A model generated the notes under the pieces. That model was not told the DNA's origin, did not search any database, and saw only the letters and a list, made by a program, of their open reading frames with translations. A stretch of 64,000 nucleotides of DNA from an uncultured Planctomycetota bacterium (lineage in GTDB: Bacteria > Planctomycetota > Planctomycetia > Isosphaerales > Isosphaeraceae): positions 448,001 to 512,000 of the forward strand of contig CAWJTV010000020.1 in the NCBI GenBank assembly GCA_963845755.1. The letters run 5' to 3'. This document shows positions 10,020 to 23,300 of this stretch, piece after piece (the first letter of the stretch is position 1; each line of letters begins with the position of its first letter). The position numbers were made by a program, and so were the translations under genes.

Positions 10020-10617
10020 ATGAAAGCGGAACTTGTTCCCGATAATGGTGACCCCGCGATCCCGATCGTGCGCGACCTGACGATCGTGGGTAGGCGCGAG
10101 TATTGCGATGTGGTGATCCATCACCACAGCCTCTCGAAACGGCACTGTGTCCTGGTAAAAACCGACGGGTTGTTAGTGATCCGCGACCTGGCGACGACCA
10201 ACGGGACGAAGGTCAAGGGTCAGAAAGTACGATGGGCGGCGCTGTTGCCGGACGACCGGATCAGTCTGGGCGGCTACAAGATGCGCGTGTACCTGGGACC
10301 CGACGATATGCCGGCGCCTTCCGAGCAGGGCCGAGGCCGGGCTCACGCGGCTGGGCGAGGGGCGGCGAATGGGGCAGGCGTTGCGGGCCGACCTGCGGCC
10401 TCCACGGAGGCGCCCTGGAGGGTGGCCGGTCCTCCCGTCCGGCAGGGTGTCACCCCTGGCTTCCCCGAGCCGTCGAAGAGCCAGATCACGGCAATGCCGG
10501 CGCCGGAACGGGCTCTCGTCGCGCCCCTGCGCCGAGGCTGCCAATCTCCCCGATCTGGCCGAGTTCCGGTTCGACATCCTGGATGATGACGACGACGAGA
10601 TCATCGACCTGGAATAG
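10020..10617 (+). CDS. FHA domain protein (frameshift near 10540; acidic tail)
   Basis: IVGRREYCD...SLSKRHC...DLATTNGTKV FHA motifs; tail DILDDDDDEIIDLE in another frame. Confidence 0.85.
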
Positions 10618-10790
10618 ACCCTCAATGGATCATGGTGCCGCGCTTGAGGGGGATCCGAGGTTCTGGTTGCGAGATTCCCGATGAGGAAGATTGTGGGATT
10701 TGGAATCTCGCATCGCGAACGCGGGAATCTCGGAATCGGGAAACCCTCGGCTCCTGGCCGAAGGCCGCGTCCAGATGCTTCAGGCTGAAG

Positions 10791-10842
10791 AAAAAAAACG
10801 AGACAACGCCGCCGGTGTGACCACCGTGCGACGTCGTCTCGT
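10791..10842 (-). terminator. Rho-independent terminator after csrA
   Basis: Long hairpin ACGAGAC...GTCTCGT followed on the minus strand by a T8 tract. Confidence 0.65.
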
Positions 10843-10907
10843 CGGGAGCGGGTTCGTCGTCTAGCTCAGTTTGAGCGGGAATCTCGGGCCCATCCAGGGT
10901 GGGAGAC

Positions 10908-11174
10908 TCAGGTGGGATCGGGGCGACTCCGGCGGGTTTCGCGGCGGACCGGTTGGTTGAGGCGCTCGATCTGTCGAGCGTCCTGGGGATCCAGCCGGCT
11001 CGCCTGGCGATTCTCGCGTTGGATCGCTTCGTACACCTCTTGTCGATGTACGGAGATCTCGATCGGGGCCGCGATCCCCAATCGCACTTTATCACCCCGG
11101 ATATCCACCACGGTAATGACGATATCATCACCGATGATGATACTTTCGTCGCGGTGTCGGGATAGGACCAGCAT
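10908..11174 (-). CDS. csrA: Carbon storage regulator CsrA
   Basis: MLVLSRHRDESIIIGDDIVITVVDIRGDKVRLGIAAP.EISVHRQEVYEAIQRENRQA; C-terminal extension typical of FliW-regulated CsrA. Confidence 0.95.
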   Translation of the reverse strand: MLVLSRHRDESIIIGDDIVITVVDIRGDKVRLGIAAPIEISVHRQEVYEAIQRENRQASRLDPQDARQIERLNQPVRRETRRSRPDPT

Positions 11175-11305
11175 CGTATTCGGCTCCTTCCTCCTGCCAG
11201 CGAGGCCCGCGACCATCCCTGATCACGCTGCCTACGCCTCGGTGACCACGACGGAGCTGGGGATGGTACGTCGGCAGTTACACGAAAGGTGTTGAGCTAC
11301 ACGGG

Positions 11306-11785
11306 TTACGCCGTCGCACGCAGCGGTGACGGCCCGGGAAGCAGGTTCGGTGCTGAAGGGGACACGCCCGTTTCGAGGGGGTATCGCACCGGGTACCGGC
11401 TGGAGGTCAAGACCAGTTGCCGGCCCAGGCGACGAAGCGGGTTGAAGACCAGCGGTCCCTGGAGGTTGACGGTCAACCCTCCCCCTTCGCCACGATTGAG
11501 GATGACGTAAATCAATGCGGACCGTTCGTCATCGAGCTCCAAGGCCGAACGGTCACCCTGACGGATCTCGACGCGGTAGTCGCCGACCGCCAGCGGGGGC
11601 GCGACCAGGCCGAATGCCAGTTCGGGAGCGGTCAGGCTCTGCAACCAGGACAGACCCATCACGACCGGATCCGGGAGGAAGACAAAGTGCCGGAATGCCC
11701 GAAAACCCAGCAATCCTTCCGGAATCGTGATGACATCCGTTTCGCAAGCCTGGATCAGCCCGAAGCGGGTCGTGAGGATGTTCAC
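11306..11785 (-). CDS. fliW: FliW (CsrA antagonist)
   Basis: TTRFG...IPEGLLGF...WLQS...PELAF...TVNLQGPLVFNP..RLGRQLVL...YPVRYPL; adjacent to csrA. Confidence 0.9.
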   Translation of the reverse strand: MNILTTRFGLIQACETDVITIPEGLLGFRAFRHFVFLPDPVVMGLSWLQSLTAPELAFGLVAPPLAVGDYRVEIRQGDRSALELDDERSALIYVILNRGEGGGLTVNLQGPLVFNPLRRLGRQLVLTSSRYPVRYPLETGVSPSAPNLLPGPSPLRATA

Positions 11786-12185
11786 TTCCTGGTTACCTCC
11801 TTGAAGGTCGGTCGGGCAAAAGCCTGAGTGAGCAGGGCGTCTCCCGGCGCAACTTCAGACGTCCTCATCCAATCCCATCGTTCACCTCGACGGGCCCGGC
11901 CGCGATCCCGGCCCCTTGAGCAGGGGACCGAACGGGCCGGATGAGTGGCGGGAGCTGCGGTCTCCCGTCCGCCACGTGACGCGGTCCCATCGGCCCGCAC
12001 CGCAACCCACTCCCCGCCTCATCCCTTCGCTTCCCTTCGCTCGTCCGGGGAGTCGCCGTGACGACCATTATATCGTCCCGGGATCCCGACGCGGCTCAAT
12101 CGCGGACGACGGAAATCCTGACACAGTACGCCTCGCGATGGCTGCGCCAGTCGCTCCGTTCGTAGCTTTTGTTCGTGGTCCCTCC

Positions 12186-13727
<1,542 letters not shown>

Positions 13728-14352
13728 ATCCGCCACTCCTCCAACGCGACACGCGTCAAATCTCGTATCGACCTTGTAGGCCGTCGCGCCCTGGAAACTC
13801 TGAATAAAGAGTTTTCAAGAGGTTTCGCGAGCTGCACGACCAGGAACGTCCCACGAGAGATTCAAGAGATGGTCCCGACTCCCGGCGTTGCGAAGAAATC
13901 ATCCTGGACCGTGCTAATCTCATCGAACCATCCCGCCTCTCCGAGCCTCCGACAAGTCCGGCGGGAGATGCTCGGATCTAGTAATGATGTATGTTTTATC
14001 TATCAATGATAATCTATCCTCCTGAGGTAGGTAATCAACCACGAGAACCGACTGCGCGTACGCGACTGTGAACTCTCTCGTCGGTCGCCAGGACGCGATC
14101 TGGCTCCCCTCGTCGATGACGAAGAGTTCCAACCTCGGTCCTCTCGATTCGTTGGCGCCGTGATGGAGCGAGCCCATCGCTCTGGCCTCCGGGGATCGCT
14201 CCGGGCTCGCCGAATGACGAGTGGATGGCGTATCGCGGCGTGACGCTGTTAGAATCAGCCCGTGATTATCGGAGTTGTGGAGCGACGTCCTTCCCGCTGT
14301 CATCTTTCGGATGGACAATGGTTTCGCATTCGGAAGGAAAGCAGGATTGTAC

Positions 14353-15081
14353 ATGAAGACTAACCGATGGTTTTCTCGTGGGCTCGGATTCTTGATGGGA
14401 ATGACCGTCACCGTCCTGGGATCGAGTCCCGCCCGGGCTCAGTGGGGCATGGGAGGTGGTATGGGCTGGGGCATGGGAGGTTTTTACCAGGCGCCCTCTC
14501 CGACAAACCTCTTGAACCAGCATGCTCTCACTCGTGCCGCCGCGGGCCGAGCAGAGCGGCCTTCGCACGGCGCCTATCGGAACAATCCCAACTCCTACAT
14601 CAATCGCGTTCGCGATAATGGATTCGTCCCACACTACGATGTCCGGCGGCACCAGCCGCCCGCCTATCAGCCGCGACCGACCGCATCGCTGGGTAATACC
14701 GGACGGGTAGATTCTGGGGCCACGGCCGCTCCGCAGCCCATCTTGCCGCTGTCGAGTTTTTTCGATGCATCACAACGTCTCGTGTGGCCGACCGACTCTC
14801 CCAACGATGGGGACTTAGGAGAGAAGCGAACGATTTCCGACCAGAACACCCTGGCCGTCCTCCAGGAGAAGAAGCAGCGAAGTACGGCTTCGATTGCCAT
14901 TGTGACGGAGGCGCGGCAGAAGCTGCTCGACTATGGCCGGCCTGCGCTCCGAGCGCTGAGGGAGACCTCCACGCCGCGCATCGCGGACTCGTTCCACGTC
15001 TTCCTTCTGTCTCTCTACGATTCGCTCGCTCAAGCCGCCTTGCCGCCCGCACCCGGTGGCAGTTCCGCTCCCAACCCCTGA
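14353..15081 (+). CDS. Secreted hypothetical protein
   Basis: Signal peptide ending PARA|QWGMGGGMGWG; ORF 14275..15081. Confidence 0.7.
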   Translation: MKTNRWFSRGLGFLMGMTVTVLGSSPARAQWGMGGGMGWGMGGFYQAPSPTNLLNQHALTRAAAGRAERPSHGAYRNNPNSYINRVRDNGFVPHYDVRRHQPPAYQPRPTASLGNTGRVDSGATAAPQPILPLSSFFDASQRLVWPTDSPNDGDLGEKRTISDQNTLAVLQEKKQRSTASIAIVTEARQKLLDYGRPALRALRETSTPRIADSFHVFLLSLYDSLAQAALPPAPGGSSAPNP

Positions 15082-15140
15082 TCAGGAGAAGGCGATTCCC
15101 GATTCGGAATCCTGTCGAGGCTTTGCGGGGCTCTGGGGGG

Positions 15141-16214
15141 TCATTCGCCGACTGCGCGGGCGATCGTCGGTTCGAGGTTCTTGGGCACCAGGTCAATGGA
15201 GGCAACCTTTCCATCCCTGGCGATGAGGATGTTCGCCGGGATTTCGGTCACGCCGTAAGCCTTGGCATAGTCCTTCTCCCCCAGACCGTTGATTAGCGTG
15301 GGCCAGCGCACATTCTGGTCGAGCAGAAATCGACGGACGTTGGGCAGCACGGTCTCCAGCTTCTGTCCTTCGTCCTGCGCTGCGTCTAGATTGATGCCCA
15401 CGATCCGCAGTCCCCGCTCTCGATAGGACACTTCCACAGCTTGCAACGCCTCGATCTCGGCGGCACAGGGCAAGCACCAACTCGCCCAGAAGACAACCAG
15501 AACGACCTTCCCCTTCATATCGGCGACGCCGAACGGTTTGCCATCAAGATCGGCTCCTTGGATCACCGGTGCGGGCTGGCCCACCAGCTCTAGTCGTCTG
15601 AGACGAGTGGACAAGAATTCCTTGAGGACGGGACGTTGCGTGTGCCCGAGCACAATCTGGAGGGCCTTGCGTGCGGTGTCGAACCGGGCATTCTGGATCA
15701 GCCGCTGATAGTAGGCATCGCAAATTGTCATAATCTCGTCGGTCGGCAGTTCGGCCCGAGGAGCTCCGCGCTCAGCGGCCTTCTCTCGTTCGGCAACGAT
15801 GTGCTGAAGGGTCTCGAGAGACAGGTCGTAGTCCCCGCGGTCGGCCTCGGCGATCATCTTGACCAGAACGGCGAGCGCCGTAGCGGTCGGCGATGCGCTA
15901 CCGCCGCTCAGCACGCTCTTCGCGGACGGCTCCGCCTCGCGGAACAGATTGCCGGCGATCGCCAGTCGAAAGAGTTGTTCGTAGGTCGCAACGGCGTCCG
16001 CGGCGTTCTGGCGGGCCGCTAGTTGTTCGAGACGCTCCAGTCGCCGACGATCGAGCAGGAGTAATTGTTGATTGTAATCATCATTGATCGCCTTGATGCT
16101 TTCGTCGGGTGCGGACGCCGCCGTCTGCTTCTTGGCTTCCTGCCCCATGGCCGTGACCGTCAAGCCAATACACGCCAGAATCCCGGCTCTCGCGATGATG
16201 CGACGACATCTCAT
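15141..16214 (-). CDS. TlpA/ResA-like thioredoxin-fold disulfide reductase with helical N-terminus
   Basis: GKVVLVVFWASWCLPC, YGVTEIPANILIARDG; N-terminal signal peptide. Confidence 0.88.
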   Translation of the reverse strand: MRCRRIIARAGILACIGLTVTAMGQEAKKQTAASAPDESIKAINDDYNQQLLLLDRRRLERLEQLAARQNAADAVATYEQLFRLAIAGNLFREAEPSAKSVLSGGSASPTATALAVLVKMIAEADRGDYDLSLETLQHIVAEREKAAERGAPRAELPTDEIMTICDAYYQRLIQNARFDTARKALQIVLGHTQRPVLKEFLSTRLRRLELVGQPAPVIQGADLDGKPFGVADMKGKVVLVVFWASWCLPCAAEIEALQAVEVSYRERGLRIVGINLDAAQDEGQKLETVLPNVRRFLLDQNVRWPTLINGLGEKDYAKAYGVTEIPANILIARDGKVASIDLVPKNLEPTIARAVGE

Positions 16215-16911
16215 CTCGGTCGATCCTCCTCGAATGGGGCGTTCTAGAAGCAGTCCTGGCAAATCGCGGCGATCGATTTGGACTTATCTTGGTTGCTATG
16301 AGTGGTCGATCGTCCCCATCGTCGGGATGCCGCGAGATCGTCTCGAGCGGTCGAGTTCACTCGGTCCTCATTGTGCCATCTCGATCTGGACAAGGGTAGG
16401 GACAAGGGCGAACGGAGATCGCAGCAGCCGTTCATCGTGGTCGAGACCCGGCCGTCGAGGAACGCATCGTAACAGGGCGGCCCCTTCCCCAAGCGAACTT
16501 AGGCCACGATCAGAGCCACGAGGCAAATGCAATTGTGGGAAAACGTCTTACCAGTTATCTTCCGACACCTCGATGAGACACGCAATGGTGCGTCTGGAGG
16601 ATCCGGGGTCGGCCCAATTCGAGGTGAGAGTGGGGCTGATGGGATCATGGTCTCGTGGTCGAAGATGATCGACGAGAAGAACGACTCGCGATGTCCTCCG
16701 GGTGCACGCGGTGACGATGCTGGCTTTCACGATCGGCAGGTTTTCGAGGCGTTGCGGGAAGTCATTTTGGATAGGGATGTTATGTTCTTACAATCCTTTC
16801 ATTGCTTTAGGTGCTCTTAATAAGGCACTGAGGGTTCTGCGGAGTCATGCTCGAGAGCGAGGCCGATCGATGTGGACGGCACAACCGTCCGGCGGCAGGA
16901 GCTGAACACGC

Positions 16912-18630
16912 GTGCGACGACCCATAAGCTGGACAAGCCTTTGGGAATCGCTACTCGGCTTGTTCGCTGTCCTGGTCGTCTTCTGCCCGAGCGCCCTGTC
17001 TCAGGATCTTCCCCCGGCGATTCCCCCCTCACCAGCGGCGCCGGGTCCGAGGATCCCATCCGGTCCATCCCCATCCGCACCGATCTCTGTGGAGCAACTC
17101 GCAGAGCGGCTTCGAATGATGGAGGAAATGAACAGGAAGCTCGCCGCGCAACTTGAGGAGGCCAACAAGGCGCATGACGAGGAGATGAAGGAATTACGCG
17201 CGAGATTCGCGGAGCTGTCGAATCGGCTAAGCATCGGAGAGAAGGGCGGGGGAGGGATAAGCGATCCCGTCGGAACGGCCCCGCGGAGGGCCGACGTCCC
17301 GGGGGCCGACCCCGACTCGCCCGTGCCGGACTACACGGAAGGGCAGTTCTTCCCCAACTCACCCGCACCGGGATACTCACTCGCGAAGGTCTCCGGTACC
17401 CGCGGGTTGCCCCTGAGGGGCACCTTCGGGCCCGGCTTCCAGTTCGAGACCGAGGATGAGGAATTTCGGCTTCAAGTCCACCTGGAGTCCCAGATCGAGG
17501 GACGGATGTGGCGTCAGGCCGACCAGATCCCGGCCAATAGCGGCCTCTTCTTGCCCCGCCAGCGGATCTTCTTCAACGGCAACATCACCAAGAACATCGA
17601 GTACGAGTTTTCGATCAACCGAGGGTTGGGCGGCACGATCAACATTCTCAACGCCTATATCAACTTGCATCTCGACGACCGTTTCGAGATCCGCTTTGGG
17701 CGATTCTTCACGCCGCTGACCTACGACCAGTACGCGATCTCGAATTACTGGCTGCCGACGCCCGAGCGTTCGGTGTTCACGACCAACGTCGGCCTGGGCC
17801 GCCAGATCGGGCTGATGGGCTGGGGTTACCTCTTCGACAAGCGGCTCGACTACGCCGCCGGGATCTTCAACGGCTCGCGGAATTCGTTCGAGAGTCTCAG
17901 CAATGGTGTCGATGTCGTCGCGTTCCTCAACGCGAGGCCGTTCCAGCAGTCGGAGACGCTGAGGTTTGCCAGATTCCTCAACCTTGGCACCTCGGTCGCG
18001 TTCGGCTATCAGGACCAGCCGCCGGTGCCCGTGTCGTTCCGCATCGGCGGGGGGTCCCCGAATGGCGACGTCCCCGGGGCCGGCACGACGCCGTTCCTCA
18101 TCCTCAACCCCGGCGTGATCGAGCGGGGCGACCGGTTGCTTGGATCCGTCCATTCGGCCTACTTTTACAAGAGCCTGTCGCTGCTCGGCGAGTGGCAATA
18201 CGGCTACGGCAGCTATGCGTTTCTCAACAGCCCGTCGGCGGTCCAGGTGCCCTACATGGGCTTCTATGTCGCGGGTGGCTATTTCCTGACCGGCGAGCAC
18301 GTCGAGCAACGAAGCCGGCTCTATCCGAATCGGTCCTTGTTCCCGACCAAACGAGGAGATCCACGCGGTCCGGGTGCCTGGGAGATGGTCGGGCGCGTCG
18401 GAGAACTTCGCCTCGGCGAGAAGATCTTCACCGAGGGGTTCGCCGATCCGAACCTCTGGTCCAATCAGGCCATAACGACCGAACTGGGCATGAACTGGTA
18501 CTGGAACGAATATATAAAAATGTATATGTTTTGGCTGCATGGCGACTTCGGCGAGGCGGTCCAGTACCGACCGGGCGGGTTTCAGAAGACCGCCGATATG
18601 TTCTGGTTGAGGTTCCAGCTCTATTTCTGA
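16912..18630 (+). CDS. OprO/OprP-like (phosphate-selective porin family) outer-membrane protein
   Basis: Signal peptide, coiled coil, R.RIFFNG, NILNAYINL, GRQIG.M.WG, GFYV..GYFLTGEH, GAWE...R, C-terminal RFQLYF. Confidence 0.85.
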   Translation: MRRPISWTSLWESLLGLFAVLVVFCPSALSQDLPPAIPPSPAAPGPRIPSGPSPSAPISVEQLAERLRMMEEMNRKLAAQLEEANKAHDEEMKELRARFAELSNRLSIGEKGGGGISDPVGTAPRRADVPGADPDSPVPDYTEGQFFPNSPAPGYSLAKVSGTRGLPLRGTFGPGFQFETEDEEFRLQVHLESQIEGRMWRQADQIPANSGLFLPRQRIFFNGNITKNIEYEFSINRGLGGTINILNAYINLHLDDRFEIRFGRFFTPLTYDQYAISNYWLPTPERSVFTTNVGLGRQIGLMGWGYLFDKRLDYAAGIFNGSRNSFESLSNGVDVVAFLNARPFQQSETLRFARFLNLGTSVAFGYQDQPPVPVSFRIGGGSPNGDVPGAGTTPFLILNPGVIERGDRLLGSVHSAYFYKSLSLLGEWQYGYGSYAFLNSPSAVQVPYMGFYVAGGYFLTGEHVEQRSRLYPNRSLFPTKRGDPRGPGAWEMVGRVGELRLGEKIFTEGFADPNLWSNQAITTELGMNWYWNEYIKMYMFWLHGDFGEAVQYRPGGFQKTADMFWLRFQLYF

Positions 18631-18907
18631 GGCGGGCGATCAGCAATTGTCGAGGAGCGAGTCCTGGATGACCGAGCGACATTTCGGACACTTTGTTAGT
18701 GACTTCGGATTTCGCGGAATTTGGGGGGATTGCTGGATACTGGGCGAATTGTCAGCATCGTAGCACCTCATGCGCCGCGGCCTTCCCGTGAAATTGCGAT
18801 CGCCCTTCGACCTCGCGGAGTTGCCGGAGCGTCGCAGGCTGCGCTCGCGGGTCCATTCGATCGGGCGACCCACCGAGCCCGAAGCGCCGTTCCTGGAAGG
18901 ATGAGTC

Positions 18908-19624
18908 ATGCGATCACCGTATCGTTCGTCTCGCCGCGAGTTCGTGCGGCTCACCGGGCTGGCAGCCGGCGTGGCCGGTCTGAGTTCTGGATTGACCGGG
19001 GAGGCTGCCGTCCAGCCACCTGCGGCCCGCGATCCCGCCGCCGTGCTCGCCCGGTTGCTCGAGGGAAACCAGCGGTTCGTCGAAGGGAAGCTCACCCACC
19101 CGGGGCGGAAGCCGGAAGACTTCGCGGCGCTGGCGGAGGGGCAGGCGCCCCTCGCTGCCATCGTTGCGTGTGCGGACTCGCGAGTGGCTCCCGAACTGCT
19201 CTTCGACCAAGGGGTCGGCGACCTGTTCGTGGTCCGCGTGGCGGGGAACATCGTCAGCGGCGCGGGACCGAGTGTGAAGGGGAGCATCGAGTTCGCGGTC
19301 GCAGAGCTGGGCGTCCGACTGATCATGGTCCTCGGCCACTCGGCGTGCGGCGCGGTCAAGGCCGCCGTTGCTCACATCGACGCCAACGACGTGCTGCCCG
19401 GCTCCATCCGCGAACTCGTAGAGCTCATCCGGCCAGCCGCCGCCTCGGTGCGAGGAAAATCCGGTGACAAGCTCGACAACGCCATCAAGGCCAACGTGGC
19501 GCTGGGTGTTGAGCGGCTCAAAGGCCTGGATCCCATACTAGCCGAGAAGGCCAGGAGCAGAGAGCTGAAGGTGGTCGGCGCCGTCTACGACCTGCGCGCG
19601 GGCCTGGTCACCTTGCTCGACTGA
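18908..19624 (+). CDS. Beta-class carbonic anhydrase, Tat-exported
   Basis: SRREFV Tat motif; LLEGNQRF, CADSRV.PE, GDLFVVRVAGN, LGHSACGAV zinc ligands. Confidence 0.95.
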   Translation: MRSPYRSSRREFVRLTGLAAGVAGLSSGLTGEAAVQPPAARDPAAVLARLLEGNQRFVEGKLTHPGRKPEDFAALAEGQAPLAAIVACADSRVAPELLFDQGVGDLFVVRVAGNIVSGAGPSVKGSIEFAVAELGVRLIMVLGHSACGAVKAAVAHIDANDVLPGSIRELVELIRPAAASVRGKSGDKLDNAIKANVALGVERLKGLDPILAEKARSRELKVVGAVYDLRAGLVTLLD

Positions 19625-19675
19625 ATCTGCTGAACGGGCACAGTCTGTCAAGGAGGATCCCGGGGACTTCCATCG

Positions 19676-20224
19676 ATGACAGACGTTATGCGGATTCTCT
19701 CGTCAATCGGGCAAGGAGGACCCGAGTCGGCGGATCAGTTGCTGCCGTTGGTCTACGAGGAACTCCGTCAACTCGCCGTTCAGAGGCTGAGACTCGAGTC
19801 GCCCGGTCAAACGCTCCAGCCAACTGCGTTGGTACATGAAGCCTACTTGCGGCTGGTGGATGTCGAGAACGCCCAGGTCTGGAACGGCCGCCGTCACTTC
19901 TTCGCCGCGGCGGCCGAGGCGATGCGGCGCATCCTGGTCGAGTCTGCACGGCGCAAGACCAGTCTGAAGCGGGGGGGGCGGCTGCGCCGAGTCGACCTTG
20001 TCGACCAAGCCGCCTCTGACCCGGACGAGGACCTCCTCGCTCTTGACGAGGCTCTCAACCGGCTGATGATCGAAGACCCGATCGCGGCCCGGGTGGTCGA
20101 ACTTCGCCAGTTCGCCGGCCTGGGACACGAGGAGATCGCGGTCACCCTCGGCATTACCGTGTACCTCGCCCGCCAGAAATGGACCTACGCCCGGGCCTGG
20201 CTCCGCAACACCCTCGGGAGCTGA
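19676..20224 (+). CDS. ECF sigma factor, TIGR02999 type
   Basis: LLPLVYEELR, TLQPTALVHEAYLRL, HFFAAAAEAMRRIL, W.YARAWL. Confidence 0.92.
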   Translation: MTDVMRILSSIGQGGPESADQLLPLVYEELRQLAVQRLRLESPGQTLQPTALVHEAYLRLVDVENAQVWNGRRHFFAAAAEAMRRILVESARRKTSLKRGGRLRRVDLVDQAASDPDEDLLALDEALNRLMIEDPIAARVVELRQFAGLGHEEIAVTLGITVYLARQKWTYARAWLRNTLGS

Positions 20225-20300
20225 GGAATTTTTCAGATTCTTCGACAGTTTCGGCAACGGAATGCGCACTGAAGGATGAAGCCGATGAGCGGAGCATCCT

Positions 20301-23300
20301 ATGCCAATCGACCCGAAACGCGTGCAGGCCATCTTCCTGGCGGCGGTTGAACATCAGGACCCCGCCGATCGCGCTGCGATTCTGGACCGTGAATGCTCGA
20401 CCGATTCGGAGTTGCGGCAAAGCGTTGAGGCACTCCTGCGGTCTCACGACGAACCGGATAGCTTCCTCGATCAGCCGTTCGTCGATCACGCCGACCGGTC
20501 GTGGGTCAACATTGTTCGACGCGATGGGGGCGCCGCACCGAAACCGATTGCCAATTCGCCCCACAATAGCACCCCCGCTCAACCCCGCGAGCCGGCGCCG
20601 GGCGTTACCGACAAGACAGCCGCCCCACTTCTGATCGCGGAGGTGGCCGGGAATCATATCGGCCCCTACAAGCTGCTCCAAAAGATCGGCGAGGGGGGCA
20701 TGGGCGCGGTCTACATGGCCGAGCAAGAGACGCCGGTCCGACGACGGGTCGCGCTCAAGATCATCAGACCTGGAATGGATAGCGAGCCAGTCATCGCCCG
20801 GTTCGAGGCCGAGCGCCAGGCCCTGGCCATGATGGATCATCAGAACATCGCACGCGTGCTCGAGGTGGGGACGACCGCCACCGGCCGGCCCTTCTTCGTC
20901 ATGGAGCTGGTGCATGGAGTGTCGATCACGGAGTATTGCAACCGGAGCCAGCTCACGACGAAGGAGCGTCTCGAACTCTTCATCCCCGTATGTCAGGCGA
21001 TTCAACACGCCCACCAGAACGGGATCATCCACCGTGACATCAAGCCCTCGAATATCCTGGTTACCCTCTACGACGGGAAGCCCGTCGCCAAGGTGATCGA
21101 TTTCGGCGTCGCCAAGGCGATCGAGCAACGACTGACCGAACGGACTTTGTTCACGCAATACGGGACGATCGTTGGCACGTTCGAATACATGAGTCCCGAG
21201 CAGGCGGAGATGAGCGCACTCTCCGTTGACACTCGCAGTGATATCTACTCGCTGGGAGTCCTCTTGTATGAATTGCTGACAGGGACCACGCCGTTAGAAC
21301 GACAAACGATGATCGGGTCGGCCTATTCGGAGATCCTGCGCCGCATCCGCGAGGAGGAGCCTCCCAAGCCCAGCTCCCGATTGAAGGAGTCGAGGGAGAC
21401 ACTTCCCGCGATCTCAACCCAACGCAAGACGGAACCGGCGCGGCTGACGAAGCTGATGCGAGGCGAGCTGGATTGGATCGTGATGAAGGCACTCGAGAAG
21501 GATCGGACCCGTCGCTATGAAACGGCGAGCGGGTTCGGTCGCGACATCCAACGATTCCTGGACGGCGAAGTCGTCAGTGCCTGCCCGCCATCGGCTGCCT
21601 ACCGGCTCCGGAAGTTCGCCCGGAGGAATTACGCGGCGCTCGTGACCGTTGCTCTGTTCGTGGTGCTCTTGCTCGTCGGGGCCGTGCTCAGCATCTGGCA
21701 GGCGACCCGGGCCACGAAGGCGGAAGCCGTGGCGATCCGTCAGGCCGAACGCGCGATCGCCGCGGAGGAGCAATCACGGCTCGAGCGCGATCGGGCTCTG
21801 GTGGCCGAGGTCCAGGCGAAGGCCGAGAGTGAGAAGGCCAGGCGGTCGGCGGCCGAGGCGCGCAGCGTCCTCAGCTTTTTCCAGGACCACGTCCTGTCGG
21901 CCCCGCGCCCGGAGGGCATGGAAGGGGCGCTTGGCAAGGACGTGACCATCCGCAAGGCGCTCGACGCCTCGGAGCCGAAGATTGCGGCCGCGTTCCCCGG
22001 CCAGCCGGGTATCGAGGCGGAGGTGCGGACGGTCCTGGGCGACACGTATTACTACCTGGGAGAGCCGGCGGTCGCGCGTACGACAGCGGGAACGGGTCCT
22101 TGCGCTTCGATCGACCGAACTCGGTCCGGACCATCCCGATACCATGAAGTCCCGGACAAGTTTGGCCCTGGCCTACTGGGCCGCCGGCCAAGTGGATCGG
22201 GCCATACCCATGCTCGAGCGCACGGTGCCGGAGCAGGCGGCTAGGCTCGGCCCGGACCATCCCGATACGCTCACCAGCCAGAATCATCTCGCGCTGCTCT
22301 ATCAGGCTACGAGCGCGTTTGACCGTTCAATTGCGCTGCTCGAACGGACTGTAAGGGCACGCCGGACCGTCCTTGGGGCCGACCACCCCGACACACTCCT
22401 GAGCCAGTCCTATCTGGCCAATTCCTATCGCGTTGCCGGCTACCTCGATCGTGCCTTGCCATTGATCAAGCAAACCGTGGAGGCTCAATCATCCAGGTTG
22501 GGGGGCGACCACCCCGATACGATCACGGCCCGGAACACCCTCGCCAACGTCTACCGCGACATGGGTCAGTATGACAAGGCCATCCCGATCGCGGAGAAGA
22601 CGCTGGCGATGGGAGTACCCAAGCTTGGCCCGGAACACCCCAGGCTTCTCATCACCTTGAGTCTCCTGGCGATGTCTTATCAGGCGAGCGGATGGTTGGA
22701 CCGATCGATCCCACTCTTCCAGCGCGCGGTGGCGGTCCAGTCGGCCCGGATCGGTCCTGACCATCCGGAGACCCTCAGCACGCAGACCCGCCTCGCCTCG
22801 GCCTACAGAGACATCGGGCGGCATGACCTCGCGCTCACGATCCTCGAGAAGGCCGTACCGACGCTGGCGGCGAAATTGGGTCGGGAGAACATCAGGACCT
22901 TGATCGCCATGAACATCCTCGCCGACACCTATCGGTGCGCCGGTCAGTGGGATCGCTCGATCTCGCTCCTGGAGCGAAATCTCGTGGACCTATCGGCCAA
23001 GCTTGGTCCGGACCATGCTGAGACGCTCATCGCCCAGGACTACCTGGCCAAGGCTTATTGCGACGCCCGCCGGCACGAGCAGGCGCTTCCATTGCTGGAG
23101 CGCAATCTGGCCATGCGGATGGCCAAGCTCGGGGCCGACCATCCCGCCACCCTGGCGACGCGCCTCGATCTGGGGGAAGCGTTGCAAATGCGGGGCGACT
23201 TCACCAGGGCCGAGTTAACGTTCCGCGAGGCTCACGCCGTACTCATTGAGAAACTGGGTCCCCACCACCCCGAGGTCGCCCGGGCACTCATCGCAATGGC

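Noticed and set aside
10665..10740. GATTCC/GGAATC-rich palindromic stretch after the FHA gene
   Set aside because: Short low-complexity intergenic hairpin with no second copy in the window.
11810..11860. GGGCAAA...GCAA segment resembling a c-di-GMP-I riboswitch
   Set aside because: Wrong strand for fliW, no GNRA tetraloop and no second hairpin.
13920..14411. 163-aa minus-strand ORF in an AT-richer intergenic region
   Set aside because: No motif, atypical codon usage and overlap with the start of the next gene; more likely promoter DNA.
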